From Raillietiella orientalis (taxonomy: Eukaryota): 64,000 nt of DNA. Under the pieces are notes generated by a model. The model had not been told where the DNA came from, searched no databases, and was given only the letters and a program-made list of their open reading frames with translations. The stretch spans positions 7,688,001-7,752,000 of the forward strand of contig JAYWIR010000001.1 of NCBI GenBank assembly GCA_036172245.1. The letters are read 5' to 3'. The position numbers and the translations under genes are program-made. This document shows positions 38,474 through 52,779 of the stretch, piece after piece (position 1 is the first letter of the stretch; each line of letters starts with the position of its first letter).

Positions 38474-40445
38474 ACATAGATCCCTTATTTCCTCTCCGAT
38501 GTACCCATTGTCAAGAAGATATAGATGGATTAAGAATCAGATGTGCTGATTGCAAAAATTTCGATTTGTGTTTAAATGTAGGTCCAAAGTTAATTTTTTA
38601 TTACTGATGATAATATTGGAAAAGCACATGCTAGCTGCATACGATTTTGTTTTATTCTAGAGTCATTGTGAATACTTGAATAGCTATTTGGATTTTAAAT
38701 GATTCCATGTGTTTATTAGTTCTCATATAATTATTTTTCAGTGTTTCTCATGTGGAGCTGAAATAGGATCTCATAAAAATGATCACAATTATCAATTTAT
38801 GGTAATAACACAAAAACATTTAGAAAATTCATTCATATTTTCATTTCTCACTTTCTCACTAAGGACTCTGGTAATTTTACTTTATTTGAGGGTCCAGGAG
38901 CCTGGACAGCTAAAGAGGAATTGCGTCTCATTGATGCTATTGAGCAGTATGGTTATGGGAACTGGGAGGATATCAGCAAACATATAGAGAGCAGAACTCC
39001 TGCAGGTTAGTGTTCTTTACAATTTTTCTCACCATAATTTATTAATGTGTTTGCAGAAACCAAAGAACAATTTTGTGCCATGTATATTAATGGGAATATT
39101 GGTAAATGTACTTGGGGTAGTCTTAAAGAAGTTCCCTATTCCATTAAGGATCACACATCTGTGGAATCAGCATCACAATTGCCTGCTATAAGTATTAGTG
39201 CTGAAAATGCAGCATCTTTAGGTTTCATGCCCCTTCGTGATGATTTTGAAAGGGTTAGTTACTTGCTTCATCCACTGTTTCTGAATCTCTGTAGGAATTT
39301 GATAATGATGCGGAGTCCTTGGTTTCCCAGTTAGGTCTAGGTTGTACTGAAGATGAGGAACTTGACATTAGTGAGTTCTTTGTGTTCTGAGTTTATACAC
39401 ATTTGTTTCAGCATTGAGATTAACATATGTGGATATGTACATGCAACGTCTGCGAGAGCGGGCACGTCAGAAAAGTTTAGTGCGCAAGCATAATCTCGTT
39501 GAAAGGTTTTTTTCCCATCAGAAGCAGACTGTTGTGGGATGTAGCAAGAAGAAAGCATGCCGAGCTGATCTGTGAGGGCATGAATGAGAGTAGAGTGTCA
39601 CATTGGATATATTATCTGTCTGTATTCAGGGACCTTGCTGAGCATTTGCAAGTGTTTGAGCAGTTTCATTCACAGGAGGAACATGATCTCTTTCTAAAGG
39701 CATTAAAACGTATGCATAGTAAAGTGCTAGGAATTAAATGTGATGTACTGTTGATAGGGGAACGTGAGCTAAAATTTCGCATCAGGGAATTGCAATGGTA
39801 CCGTAACAATGGGATTACCCATCATACAGAATGTGTTGAGTTTGAAGCAGAGGGATTGTGCCGGGAATCTACCAAATTCCGGAAGCAAACTGTAGGCCCG
39901 GTGAGTATGAAATCTGAACATGGGAGAGCCTGTACTTCAGTTGCAAATGCTTGCTTTTCACATAGGACACCGGAAGTGGGATGGATTTGAGCATACTGTT
40001 CCTCAAAGAAGAGTGAGTTGGGAAAAAATAGTATGCCGTCACAGAATACTTTTTCAGAAAAAGAAACGTAGAAAGTCTTTCTCCAACAGAAGTTCCAGAG
40101 GAAAGCAGAGTCGTATGCACAGAATATAAGAAAGCCTTACCAGGCTCTACTTTGCTATCTGCTAGTGAGAAGAAGGTAGGTTTTGCAAAGAAGTTTACAC
40201 CTTGCCTGTCTCTGTGTAGATATGCAATCTTTTGCACTTGAAGCCAGCCCAGTACATAACTTACAAGACTGTAATTTTGAAGGTAATTAAAGTTGTGGAT
40301 GATTTAAATCACTTTAAATTTCCAATTTTAGAATTACATTTGGCAAGGACCATCTTGGCTCCAATGCAATACTCACATTAACAGAAACCTACATGAGCAG
40401 CTCTTAGAATTCTGGACCAGTTGTGGCTGGTTGCCATCCATTTGA
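38474..40445 (+). CDS. TADA2B: Transcriptional adapter 2-beta-like (ADA2b; ZZ finger, SANT, SWIRM), multi-exon; start codon exon not located
   Basis: CTHCQEDIDGLRIRCADCKNFDLCL / CFSCGAEIGSHKNDHNYQF (ZZ finger), WTAKEELRLIDAIEQYGYGNWEDIS (SANT), LGFMPLRDDFE-EFDNDAE, ERELKFRIRELQWYRNNGIT, LPGSTLLSASEKKIC...LKPAQYITYKT, FWTSCGWL, stop at 40443-40445. Confidence 0.9.
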
Positions 40446-41599
40446 TTTTTGATCTTATGAAGAAGACTATGTTCCATCATGTCATTACTCAGGGTTTAGT
40501 AGCTTAAACTAAGTATTAAAAGAACGTATTCTATTCTGACACCGAAAATTTGCATATTGAAGTCGAATATCCAGAAGCCTTATTTATTGATCAATTTTTT
40601 TTTTATTTCAATAAAGAAGTATTTATTCAACAGAGTGCTGTTTTAAGAAAGGAAGAAAAGGTGACCTTGAATTTCTCGTTCTGTATTTTTGATACATAGC
40701 TGTCGAAAGTTTAACATATGCGCTATGGTGGAAACAGAGTAATCCTAATGACATTCATAATGACTAATTTGTTTGCACCCACTAGCGTCGGGCATTTACT
40801 GTGACCGATTTGCAGGCTAAGTGTATCCAAAATGTAGCAGTTGTTGTTGTAACAGTTTCGTAAATGCTGTTTGCCTTTTGCTAATACATTTGGATTTCTC
40901 ATTTCATTGTCTAAAGTTGGTGAAAACCTATGGCTTAGCATCAGCACAGCGTTTTTAGTTGCAAGGCAGATAAATGGTGAATACTGTGCAGCAGTCCTTG
41001 GTTTACATTCGTCATGATATGATCGATGTGATCATTATTTCACACAAGTTATGTTTCAGAAGCTGTTTTAACAGGTGTCTGCTCCTCTCCCCCACCTGTG
41101 TAAGTCACCAATGCTGTTTATTTATTCATTTGTATTGTGTTGAATGACCAAGCTGCTGTTAAATTTGACAAATCAAGGCCCCATTGATAGTGAGGATATG
41201 TGCTCCAGTCAACTTTCATTCTCCCAAATCCTTTAGAAGTACAATGGTAGACTGCTTCCAACCTAGCAAATTTTCAAATTTGGCATTTAAGACATCTTGA
41301 CTGCCCTGCTTCTGACTTGCTACTTGCTTCTTTTAGTTAAGTTAGAGCTTTCCCCATTGAGTGATGTTTTGGCAGCATTTTCACATCGATGTGGCAGATG
41401 GAATCTGCTTTAAGTTCAGTTAGCAAAAGTGATCACGCCATAATTACAGTGTTTAATTTCGGTTCTCACATTTACACTTTCTCAAGTCGGTTTGATTAGT
41501 CAGACTCCCTTTGTTCTACCTGGTAGTTGGCCTTGCTCTGCTTTTACAGAAGAAATGGGTTTTGGAGTATTAGCTTTTTCGAGTATTACCACGTGAGGC

Positions 41600-44500
41600 G
41601 ATCCTCTTCCTCGCTCTCTCTTTTGCCTCTCCAACCTCTGAAAGACCGAAGTCGGAGAAGATGGAGAGTTTTCCTCCTAAAGCAAAGGACTGGCTGGGTG
41701 GGAGCCCTCTTCCCTCCCTTGCGCTGTGAACTACGTTCTGGTCCGGCCATCACCTCGGTACACGCCAAATTGCCCCATGGAACCGTCGCCGATGTATTCG
41801 TCCGCAAGAATTCTTGTACAATCGAAAGAGGAGCTGCAGTGCTTCGGCGTCGGTACGGCGCGGGCGAAATGGCAGCAACGCCTAGGAGGAGGAGGAAGAG
41901 ACGGAACTCAGAGACTTCGGAAGGCACGTTCCCAAGTATTCATCAACCCATTCTTCCGTACTGCTTTAGAACGTCCTCCCAGTTCTTGCTGGGGATCAGC
42001 CCGCCCTTTGGATGAAGGGCGAAAAAAGAAATAAGGGTTTGGCGTCCATCCGGAAGCTCACGTGAGCGAAGCGTCGCTTCGGCTCTGTTCTCTCCATTCG
42101 CGAAAAGCGCACGTCCTCTCGTAATCGGTAAGATCCCAGTGACGGTACGACTCAGTCCGCTGACTTCCTATAAGTGAGTCTGCATCCCACACCGCAAGAG
42201 GTGTGTGCATCAAGTGCGCAGCAGCTCTTCTAGCGAAGGTGGCACTGGAAGCTGCAAGCGGCCCTCACGGATGGGTGACGCTGTTCTCCACGCATCTTTC
42301 GGGAAAACCAGGCTTCCGGACCCACGGAACTCGAGGAGTGAGGAGAGAGGGGCTGGTGATTGGACGGCTTCGTGCACCTCGAGAAGTCTCAAGGAAGCGC
42401 TCAAGGACGCTGTGACTGTCGTGAAAGTGTGCTGCTGGAAGAAGAGACTCATTCGGGAGAGACCTGGAGACCGGCCGTTGGAGGTAGATGGCTTCAGCAG
42501 GACGAAGTCCTTCAACAGAATAAAGAGGGGAGAGGAGAACGGTCTCTTCGATTGGGCGGAAGGAGGAGCAAAAGGAAGGAGTTCTCTTTCTTAAAGACCG
42601 TCCGATCTTCGGACGAAGAGGAACACCCATTTGAAAAATTCCTCCACAAAAACGTGAGAAATCCAGAGCGTGCGGCAGTCTAGCATACTCCCCTCTGGCT
42701 TCCCAGGTGGCACGAAGACTTCTGAGCGGCTTTGCAGCCTTACATTGAGGGAGCATCCCAGCGTGCAGTCATCATGGCAAGCGATGAACCACCCCGGAAT
42801 CCGATAGCCTTGGAGCTTGGAGAGGGCGCGTCTCTTCAACATACTCCGAAGTTCCGAGGGGTGTCTGGGGATAGAGGTTGTCAACCCTACGAAATGCGAG
42901 TAAAACGGATGACGCTGCAGACTTCTGAGAAGGCTGCCTGATGGCAGCAACCCCCCACGTATCGAGCGAAGAAATTCGTGCAGAGTCATCGGCGCAAATG
43001 AAATTTCGTTTCCTGTTTTTCGTTCACCTGATCCCCGGACGGTTTGTTTGTTCATCCCTCCAAGAAACAGACGCCCGTCAACAAAACGTGACGGATGGTG
43101 GGGAACCCGTGGCTTCACGCTTTCACGGCGACAGGAGCGCAAGGGGGAGCTCCTTATCCCACTAACCTTTCCTCTCCTGCAGAACTGCTTTTGGCGTCAC
43201 TACCACCATCACATGTTCTTCCCTCCCCCTCCCCCTCTCCCCTTTCTTTCTTCCCCTGAAAAGAACCTTCGCCATAGCAGTAGGTTCGTTGAGATCCGCT
43301 GGCGGCGACGGAACGCACGCGCCTCTTCTTTCACGAACGGAAGCAGGCGCCCCGGGCAGTCGCCTCAAGGCTTCGTGTTCGACGAGCAGGAGCGCGTGCG
43401 ACCGCTCCTGCCCTCCCAGATCCCAGCGTCGCAACGGTGCTCTCTTCGGCGCGGTTTTTATCGCCGTCTTCTGCTCGCTGCATCCGCGTCAGAAGGGGCG
43501 AAGAGGGAGCATCGTTGTTAAGCTGACAAAGACCGCACAGCGACTCTCGGCAACGCCGGAAATCCTAGCTTGTTCGACCAAGCACGCTGCCTTGCTTTCT
43601 TGTGTGCTCGGCCCGTCTTGGTCTTCCGCAGCATTCATTCCAAGAATCCACGCGACGGACTCTCTCGCAGCTCCGCGCCCTCCTTTGCAGAGGGAGCAGA
43701 GAGGAGATGCTGGCTCCCTCTCCTTCAGCGCTTTGCTTGCCCTTCTTCCAATCCCAAAGCACGGTCTTAAAGGCGGCTGCCGGCGTCCGATGTTTTGAGT
43801 CCACCATCCTCTCCTTCCGGACGCTGCCCGCCGATTCTCTCACTGGGCGCCTCGCTCTCTTGGATTGTCACCCGGGTGCGCCGGGGGATTTACTGCATAA
43901 AGAAAGAAACATCCACAAATTTCTGTGGTCGGACTGGTTGTCCAACCACGTCCATTTCGTCCGGTGGGGCACAGGGAAGTCTCGAATCCTGAAGGATTTT
44001 TGCGCTCCGCGGCGCGACGGAGGCCTCTGCCTCCTGACGCTGGAGCGCCTGGAGAGACAGCTTCAGTTGCGAACGCTTGCCCTAGTCGCGAAGTTTTGGA
44101 GCACGACTGGTGCGGGCCCGCACGATACCTGGTCAAGAGAGCCATCGGCTATGTGGGACTGTCTTCGTTCCTGGCACGGTGACGCAGGCGCAACGTGTCC
44201 AGCTGCGGACTGGAGCTCCGACGAGTGGCCAAGATGACCAGACCAACAACTGGATCTTCTGCCGACCCGCGAAGGGTGGTGCCTGGATGCAGGAAACCGT
44301 TTGCACATGGATGAAGAACAACGAAGCGGTCCCGGAGATGCGGCAGCGACTGCTGCACTTCTTCTACAACAACCGCTCGCTGTAGGATGTAATCGTGCAG
44401 TCCACCACGTGTGTGTTCACACAAAGAACCTCCCTAGCCGCGGCACTGCTCTCCCTCAGGGAGCACCTAGGCAGTAACCAGTTGGCCAAATGGGAGGTCA

Positions 44501-45330
44501 GTTGCGAAATCAGTCAGAAAACGAGGGAACTAGGTGGTTGGACCACGGGCCAGCTCACGGGCTCTGCGACCCAAAGTGGCCCCACCGAAAGGACTATTGC
44601 GCTGGGGCGAGCTGCTGAAAATCCCGCTGGTAGAACTCGAGTGGCCCCAGCGCTGAAGAACAGTCAGGCCCTCCCCCGAAAGTGGCAGGAGTCGGCACTT
44701 CTGCTGCTGCACTGGGACCTCCCGTGCAACACCCGCCTCTCCCACTGGACCCGGGGGGCTGTGGATCCTAACTGTTGCAGCTGCGGGGAACGGGAATCCC
44801 AGCTCCCGCACCTGCCTGTAGACTGTGTTACCCTCCGGCTCCTGTGGTTGCGTTACTCAGTCCTTGTTGCACCGACGGACAATCCCAGGGACGTGATGAA
44901 GTGCCTCTTCGTGCGCGATGGTCTTGCGCCTGCCACATCCCCAGCAGCTCTTTGCTGCCTACGTCGTATTGTGGCTGCCTGGAGCGACGCCAGTGGAGGA
45001 GCACGGCACGACAGGGACGCCATCTGCTTCCTTCCTGATGATGGTGGCAAGATGGCCCACCTGGGGCATAATCGGAGGGAACTTGTTGGCATCCTGGAAA
45101 GGATTCAAGAGACCGCCTTGGGCGGAATGTGATCTTTTCCTGTGCCCCCCAGAGTTTTTTTTATTATTGATTTTTATTTATTTTTATTTTTGTCTGCCCC
45201 CTCCCTCCCGCTGCCGAGTCGAACCTCGCCGACCCGCGTGCCGGTTACTCGGTAGGTTCCGAGCATTTTCGGACAATGTAGGACCGATGGCCCTACACAT
45301 GCATGTTTGCTATTGTTATAATAAACGTCC
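41600..45330 (+). mobile_element. Decayed L1/Tx1-like non-LTR retrotransposon (ORF2 relic: RT and zf-RVT)
   Basis: Degenerate motifs in the expected order across frameshifts: ALLAKVAL (cf. KILAKVLA), GKPGFR (cf. Q.GF), RTKSFNRI (cf. EKAFDRV), FVRWGTGKSRILKDFCAPRRDGGLCL (cf. FLW...PK..GGLG) and LHWDLPCNTRL...CCSCGERESQLPHLPVDC...W (zf-RVT). Followed by a T-rich tract and AATAAA at ~45319. Confidence 0.8.
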
Positions 45331-46235
45331 CGGAGTGACGGGGTGATAAACCACGTCCATTTCAATAGGAGCCTGCCGGGTTACCGGTTCGCAGACCAAT
45401 GAGGTTCGCCACGGCAGCAGCACCGGGGAAGGGGCCTCGCTCGCTCGTGTCATCTTCCCGATACACTCCACACCCGTTGCCTATAAACCTGACATCCCGA
45501 AGATCCGCATCGTGGTGCTCCCGCCGACGGCCATTCTCTCTCGGAGGCGGACGTGAGAGATTCGCGCTCCGCTGCCTCGACTCTCCCGCAGCCAGTCGCG
45601 GTTGCGGAACCAGACGTCCGGCGGGTTGACCTCGCGCACCAGAGCCGCCTTGCTGTGCATGCTGGATCTGACTGCTCTGTCCCCGGGCTGGAAGGGAACA
45701 GGCCAGTCCGCGCATCCCCGGGAGACCCTACTGATCCGGGTTGCCAGGTCACCGTACTCATCCAGGTCGCCTTCCCGTCGCGATCGAGGTCCTCTCGCTC
45801 TCTGCTCACGTCCCTACGCACCCGCGCCGAGGCTCCACTTCTGGCGGGCGACGCCCCTCGCAGAGAGGCATGCCGAGCGCCGCGCGGAGGGAAATCCCGG
45901 GTCCGTGCCGCTGCAGGCGGGAAGTGTCCTGGGAGCACGACGACGCTGTCCTGAGTGCGTGCGCGCAATTCCCGCGAATCCGGACGTCTCGTGGCACGAG
46001 TGATGCCTGCGTAGCTGCTCCGTATGGAGGCTCCAGCGGGCGGGAGCCGATTTTCCTCTTCTCGAGCGCGTGTTGAAGGCGTGAAGGCGGCCCCACCCGC
46101 CATCTTGCCGAGCTGCTGCCGCCATCTTTGCCGGCGAGCGGAAGGAGCGCGTGGCGCACGTTTCGGCACTTCGTGTGTGATGTGTGCGCTTCTATGTGGG
46201 TCACGTTTGTGGATGCTGAGTGGGTCAGGGAGAAG

Positions 46236-46268
<33 letters not shown>

Positions 46269-47149
46269 GAGGGGGGAGGGAAAGCGCGATGCTGCAAGCG
46301 CTGTTTTCTTCTTCTCCCCGCGCACAGGATGTAGATATCCGTTTCAGTTGTCGCGCTTTCACGCTGCGCCCAGGACGACGCTCATTCCTGCCGTTTCCCT
46401 TTCCCTCCTTCTCGGTTCCTGTTTCCGAAGGCGTGGGCTACGCCGATCGAGCCTTGCATGCATGGGGGAAAGGGAAGGGGGGGGGGGAGTAGGGATGATT
46501 TCATCTTGCGCGAAACGTATAAGACGGAAGCCATCTGCTCTTCGTCGCGAAGACGCTTCGCGTCCACGTCTTCGCGGGCGCGCGCCGCGTGCACCTCGTG
46601 GATTTCGCTGCCGCGTGCCGAGGCTAAAAATAGTTCGACAGGTCCCATTCCCCACTTCTCCGTGTCTCCAGACAACTCTGTGGGGAGTGAGGGGGGGGAG
46701 GATCCCAACTTTCGTCCTTCGGGGGGAAAGGGGTGCATTCCGCCGGCGTCGCGCGATAAATGGGCCCTAGGGTATTCCGGAGGAGGAGGAGAAAGCGGTG
46801 CTTCCGGCGAGAGCCGCGACCCTCTGGAGGAGACTCAGCAATGGCGGGACCGCCATCGCTCCCAAAACGGTCCGGCGGAAGATCTCTCCACGCCCGGAAA
46901 AGCCGAAAGGGGAATTCTCTCCGCGCGCTGTCCGAAGCTCCGTTGTACGGAGTGGGATTCGAACGCGGCACCGCCAGGAGGGCGTTCGCGGTTCTTCATT
47001 GGCTCCTCCTCGGCCAACGGGTCGCTCATACGTCAGAAGCATTGGCTGCCGGAGCCTGCGCGCGGCTTCCGGCTTGCGGGGCGGTTCGGCGGTGAAGGAT
47101 GCAGCGAGGGGGAACTTTTTGGAGTCCCCAAAACACGAGTGCTGTGGGG

Positions 47150-48560
47150 AGGGAGGGGTGAGAGGCGCTGCCTCCGGTCCCTTCCGCGGGAGACAAGCGA
47201 GCGCGTTGTGCGCCCTCCGGCTCGTTGCACCAGTGTCTGCACGTGACCCACTGGCAACGTAATGGCTGCCAGGGGGTGAGGCGCCACCATCCCTTGCCTG
47301 AGCAGCTAGGAGAGTTCTTCATGGAACGGGGTATCTTTTATCGGGTGCCCAGCTCCGACAGAAGCCGTTGCCCTCCACTATTCCGGGAAGAGGCGGGGTG
47401 CTTACCGGCAAGGGTCCCCCTTTGTCACCCGGATCCCTCCTTCCCCGCCTCGTCCTTCCATTTCTCGCGGAGAGGTGCCCGTCGCGCGGCGAGCTCCTCC
47501 GGTGGCCTCCAGGCCGCGCTGGCTGTGCGCTCGGCGCAGGAGAGGCCACCTGGGGGAACCGAGCGACGAGGAGGCCTCCCAGACCATCTCGACCCCACCC
47601 GAATCCTCAGCCTGGGGGAAGCGGAGCGTCTCACGCCTGACCCCTCGCCTGTAGGGGACCGCGGATGGAAGCGGCCGCAAGCGGTCGAACCGGCCGTGCG
47701 CCGCCGGCACGGTCTTCAAGTCGCCTCTCAATTCCCAGAGGGAGTGGGTCGTGTGTCCGACTGGACTGTGTTCGCGAGTTGGCGGCGGCAGGAACAGTCC
47801 TCTCCGCGGAGTGGAGTGCGGGAATGAGCGCCTCGATCTCTCGCGCATCGAGCGAAGGCGCTGGCGCCGTGGTGTTTCGTGTGCAGGGATCTGGCTCCGT
47901 GCCTATGCATGGAAGGAAAGAGGTGCCCCGAAGACCAGGTCCTGCTTGACCAGGGGGGTGCCGTGCTTGCTTCCCTTTCATGCATCCCTCGTGCCCTGAC
48001 AACCTTCGCGTCCTTGAACTCCCGCACCTCTTCGAAACCCTCTCCTCCCGCTCGCACCGTTCCCTCATTGCCGCTACCTCCCTTCCTCGCTCGGCCTTCC
48101 CAGACCGCTTGCCAGGAGCGAGAAGGGAGCCTCGAGCTCTCCCATCTCTCCGGACTGAAGGGAAATTGGTGTTCCCGAAACCTGGGGGACGCTGACGTAT
48201 CTGCTTTCCAGGGAGAAGGATGATGTGTCGGTTTCCGGGTTTCCAAGAGACAGCAGATGAAGATCTGGGGGGGGGGGGGGAAGTAGGAGGGGGGATACCA
48301 CACTCATTGTTGCGCGGACGTCATCAGCGACGCGCTGCAGCCCCGGTTCGACAGCCTCGGGGGCGGGCGAAGGTTCGAAGAGCATCTCTCGCTTCCAGGT
48401 GGAGAACCCGCCTGGAGGCGAGATGGCGGAGCTTCCGGGTTCCAGGTGCAACAGCTCGCGGAATGCCTCAAGGAGTGCTCTGGAGGGGCTCCAGACGACC
48501 CGGGTGTCGAGCAGAAGACGGAGAATAGGGGAGCTGCCCAGAAGGGGAACCTTCCGATTC
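47150..48560 (-). mobile_element. Second, more decayed LINE-like RT relic
   Basis: Minus-strand fragments ISPPGGFS...LQRVADDV (cf. LSP.LF...FADD), LGNPET, VSGTPI (cf. YLG.PI) and downstream WWRL...C..C remnants. Confidence 0.4.
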
Positions 48561-51500
48561 CCTGCGTTCGTGCACGCAACGAGCGCACCTGAGCCATTGT
48601 ATACACACACATCCTGTATGGCTTCTCGGCCTTTTGGCTAAGATCAAAGTGCAGAAAGTGTAGCATCCTGTATCTGTATATGCAGAGAGAGCGTGCGCAA
48701 ATGATGCTTGCACGCGTCCTGGTGAGTCCGCATCGTGTATTTGTTCTGTGCACATCCGAAAAATGCGCATCTGTACGTGGCACATGATGTGTACGCACGT
48801 AAGTGTATACAGCCAACGTATACGCGACACGAGTGCGTGCAGACAGGCAGGGAGAGAGGGTGATGCTGCTTTTGTAGTATATTGCACACACATAAATGCC
48901 CGTGTCCACATGCACGGGCACGCAACCACATACCGCTCACGGTTGTGTACACAGCATATCCACGCGTTAGTGCGAGTTGCGCACGAGCGTTTCAATAGCA
49001 CAGCGTGCGAACCGAAGCAACGAGTGCACGCGGGAGTCCACGCGCGTCCATACAACCGCGCGCGCACGCACGGGAGCGTGTTGGCAAGTGTGTACGCGTG
49101 TGTACGCAGCTCGGCCCCACCGTTCCGACTGGGCAAGCCCTGGCTGTTACCGCTACGAAAAGAAGGAAACAGGAAAGAAAGAAAGGAAAGAAGCAGATTT
49201 TTTTTTCTTCTTCTTCCTTTTCGTCCTCTTCGTTTCCTTGGAGACGTCCCTGCTGTACGAAAAAGAGCAGCGGGGATTCCCACAGTCGAGCATGTCTTGA
49301 TCTGTACCGTGTGCCAAGGAAATCCGAACCTTCCTGTCACGCCGCTGTGACGTCTACCCAGAGGGGAGCCCCCAGCGCGCTCGCCATGGCAACGAGCGCC
49401 GAAGCGTTTCCGCCCGGCGAACAGTATCGCGCGGTGACGCGTGTCCCGAGCAAGTACTCCCTGGCCGAAGGACGGTTAGTGAACCTACCGAAAATACACC
49501 CGCGGGTGTGCCCCTGCGCGTTTCCTCACCCACTTTTTCCAGCGCGCGCGCGTGGGAGGAGGGAGCACCTCGCATCCCTCCTCTGCCAAGTTTCGCCCTC
49601 TCACTGACAATCCCTCCAGAGGCTCCGATCTCGGAAAAGGGGGGTGGGGTGGGGATGGGTGTGTGTGGTGTCCGCAGAGCTCGCAATGCCGCAGTAGCCA
49701 CTCTCTGTTCCTGCACAAGGCGAACGGAGAGGAAAGGGGTGGGGGCGAGCAAGGGACAGATGCATTGTGAGCAAATTCCGGTGCACCACAAACATCCCTC
49801 ATCCCTCCCCTTCTCTGGTGGTCTCCGGATGTGGCAGCGCCAGATACCGGACGAGCGGAAGGAAGGAGGGGAGGGTGGTAGTGAACCTCCTTGAAAAGGA
49901 GGGTCGCCGCCGCGGTTCGAACTTGGCGCATTCTTCTCGGCAGGGGGCACCCCCTTCCTTTACGGGACGCCCTTGCAGGCAGCTTCGGTGCCCGCTTATC
50001 CGTCTTCCTGCGCGTCACTCGCGCCTTCCGGTTTCTGTGACGCCACGACCACCCGCCCTTGCATGTCCGTTGTAGCCAGCGCGAACCACACGTGTGACAT
50101 GCGTGATCCGCACAACGAGCGCGTCCGTGTGCAACACGCAGGTCACGTGTGGGGAGTGTCATGGCTGTGGCTGCTCGCAAACGCGGTACAGCAGCAGTGG
50201 CGGCGGCTGTTTCTGATCAAGATGAAGTACCGAAATGGGCCGGAGTGCGGAGGCTGCCGCGAGCCAGCGAGTGAGCCCTGTGCCCGCTCGCCAGCCCTCT
50301 TTCGATGCTGGCGGAGTCATCGGCGCCGAGGGACAGAGGTAAAAGGGCGCGCGTAGCGTGGACAATGGCTGCTGCCGTCCCCTGACCTACACGCCTGACG
50401 GCATACCTTACACCCCCGCAGCCCTCTTTCCGGACGCGTTTCCAGCCCAGGGTTCCGATCACCTCTCCCCACGGAAGCAGGATCACTGACCTCTTGGCTG
50501 CTCCCTGGGTCTTCTCGGCTGTAAAAGAGGGGGAAGAAGCGATGCGTGACGACCCGCACCCCATGCTCTCGGCAAACCACTCAAAGCCCAGGGGCACTGC
50601 CCAATGGAAAGCCAAGGGTTCGTGGTCTTCCTTCGCGACCTGGCGTTCCCGGGATCTGGAGGACGGAAACACCGGACGGAAACCCTGAACGAGAGAGCGG
50701 AAGCCCATCCTGAGAGGGACGACAATGGTGGCGGCGATGAGGAGGAAAGGGGGAAATGGCATTCCCATGGCGACCAGCACCTCCTTCCCGACTCACTCCG
50801 TCCGTGGCTCCGAGTGGCTGCTCGGAACCTCTTGCTCTCTGGCGCTTCCCCCCTGGGAAAGCGCACGTGGTCGTGGTGGCAGGGAAGCGGGAAACGGTGG
50901 CTCCCTTCATTCCGCCGCTAACCGGCTGGTGCCACCGTTGTCACCGCCGGAGCTGTCGACACGCGCTTGGAGCCATCGACGCGGTTCCCTGGCTTCTCTG
51001 TTGGAGCATTCCCTCCCTCGAAGATCTTTCATCCGGGGCTCCTCCCGTCTTCGCGCTGCCGGGAAGGCGCATTCCCTGCTCCGTGAGATGGAGCCGGCCG
51101 GCCGCTTCTGCCGCTTGGTGTCTCCGCAGATTTCGCAGCGGCGACTCCTCGCACGCGCGCCGTCGTCGAGTTCCGCCCTCCGTAAAAAAGCTGGCGGTGC
51201 AGGAAGAGGGAGGTGGCGGGCAGGAGCGAGCGGTTCTTCCCGTCTGCTGCACCGGGAAGGAGGCTGCAGCGACTTTCGTTCCCGGAGTCGATCACGGTGG
51301 GCGAAGAAACCCAATATTCCTGAGTTCCTTGGATGACTCATGCCGGAATCTCATCTAGAAATTTCCTACTCACCGAAAGGACAGGGGAAAGGGGGGGGGG
51401 AATCGCCTCCTCCGCCGCCTCCGCCTCCTTCCTCTTCCCTTTCGCAGGAAAATTTTTCCTCCGCCCCCTTTGATTTTCTGTTTGCGAATGCCTCTGGCGT

Positions 51501-52779
51501 CGGATTTCTTGCGGCAGCTGCGCGCTCGGAGACGCACTTCCCGCCGAGGGTTGGCCCAAGGAGGTGCAGCCCACCCGGGCATACGTCCTGCTAGCGGGGC
51601 GGGTGGAGGGCCCGCGCCGCTCCACTTTGCCGGCGAGCAAGCTTCCTCGTAGACTCCACCTCGGCCGTTGCCGCCCGGGAAACCATCCCCAGGTGTCTCC
51701 TGCCCTCTTGGGCCTCCTAGACGCCCTGGAGTGCTGGCCAGTGGGCAGCCCCGCATCCCGGCCCATTTTGGTATTTCATTTTGATCAGAGATAACAGCCG
51801 CCACTGCTGCTGCACCGCGTTTGCGGGGAGAGAGAGCCATGACACTTCCCACACGTGACCTGCATGTTGTACACGGACGTGTGCGTTGTGCGAAAATTCG
51901 GAACGGACCCCTGCGCGCGGTCATAGGCGGCCACGGAAAAGGCAGTCGCAGCCGACCCACCCCCGTCTCTGTAGACGTGATACTGCAAAGCTCTTTTCGA
52001 CGAGCAAACCCACGGACGCCGGTGATGCCAAAGAGGGCAGGACGATCCTAGTGAGGGTGCTCCAGTGGAGCTGGAGGGTCGTTCTGCGAGGCATCTTCAG
52101 GATGCCGGAGGCAGGGAAAGGCGGGCGTGAAGATGGAGGAGGGAGGGGTGCAGCATCCCAGTTCACTCGCACGTCTTTTTGGCCCCCGTAGGTACTCTCG
52201 GTCCGCCGCAGCAGCCGTCAGAGCCAGACGTCGGGGGGGGGAGCTGCTTCCCTGCTCCCTCCTGCTGGGTCGTCGCACACCCTAGTTCTCCATTTTCCTG
52301 AAAAAGCGGGAATGAGCTATCCTTCCTCTAGATTTCCCGTCATCACCGTCACCAAAACCATCATTGCCATTAATGGTAACCGTTAAAACTACTATCACCA
52401 CCATCAGCAACAGCAGCAGCAGCGTCGTCAGCACCCTGGAAGTGGATGGATGGTTGCGTGCTCTTCCTTTTCCAACATGGTGGTTTCCACTTTCGGATAG
52501 AATGGGACGTGGGTCGACTCGGGTCGGGTCTGCTTCGCCCGTTCCTTCCCTCCCGCCTGGCAGCTCTCTCACCACTTGCAATCTCAGATGCGCGGGCTTG
52601 AGGCGAGGAAGCTTCGCTCAGCCGCGAATCGGACGCCGGGGCAGTCGACCCTTTTTCTGTCTGGGCCATCCTGCTGTCGACTGCCCCGGAAAGCGGGCCG
52701 CCCTTCCCACGAAGGGAAGAAGCTCCCTTCCGCCCCTGAGCCCTTCCGCTTGGGTCGTCTTCTGCCCTCCCCCCCCCTT

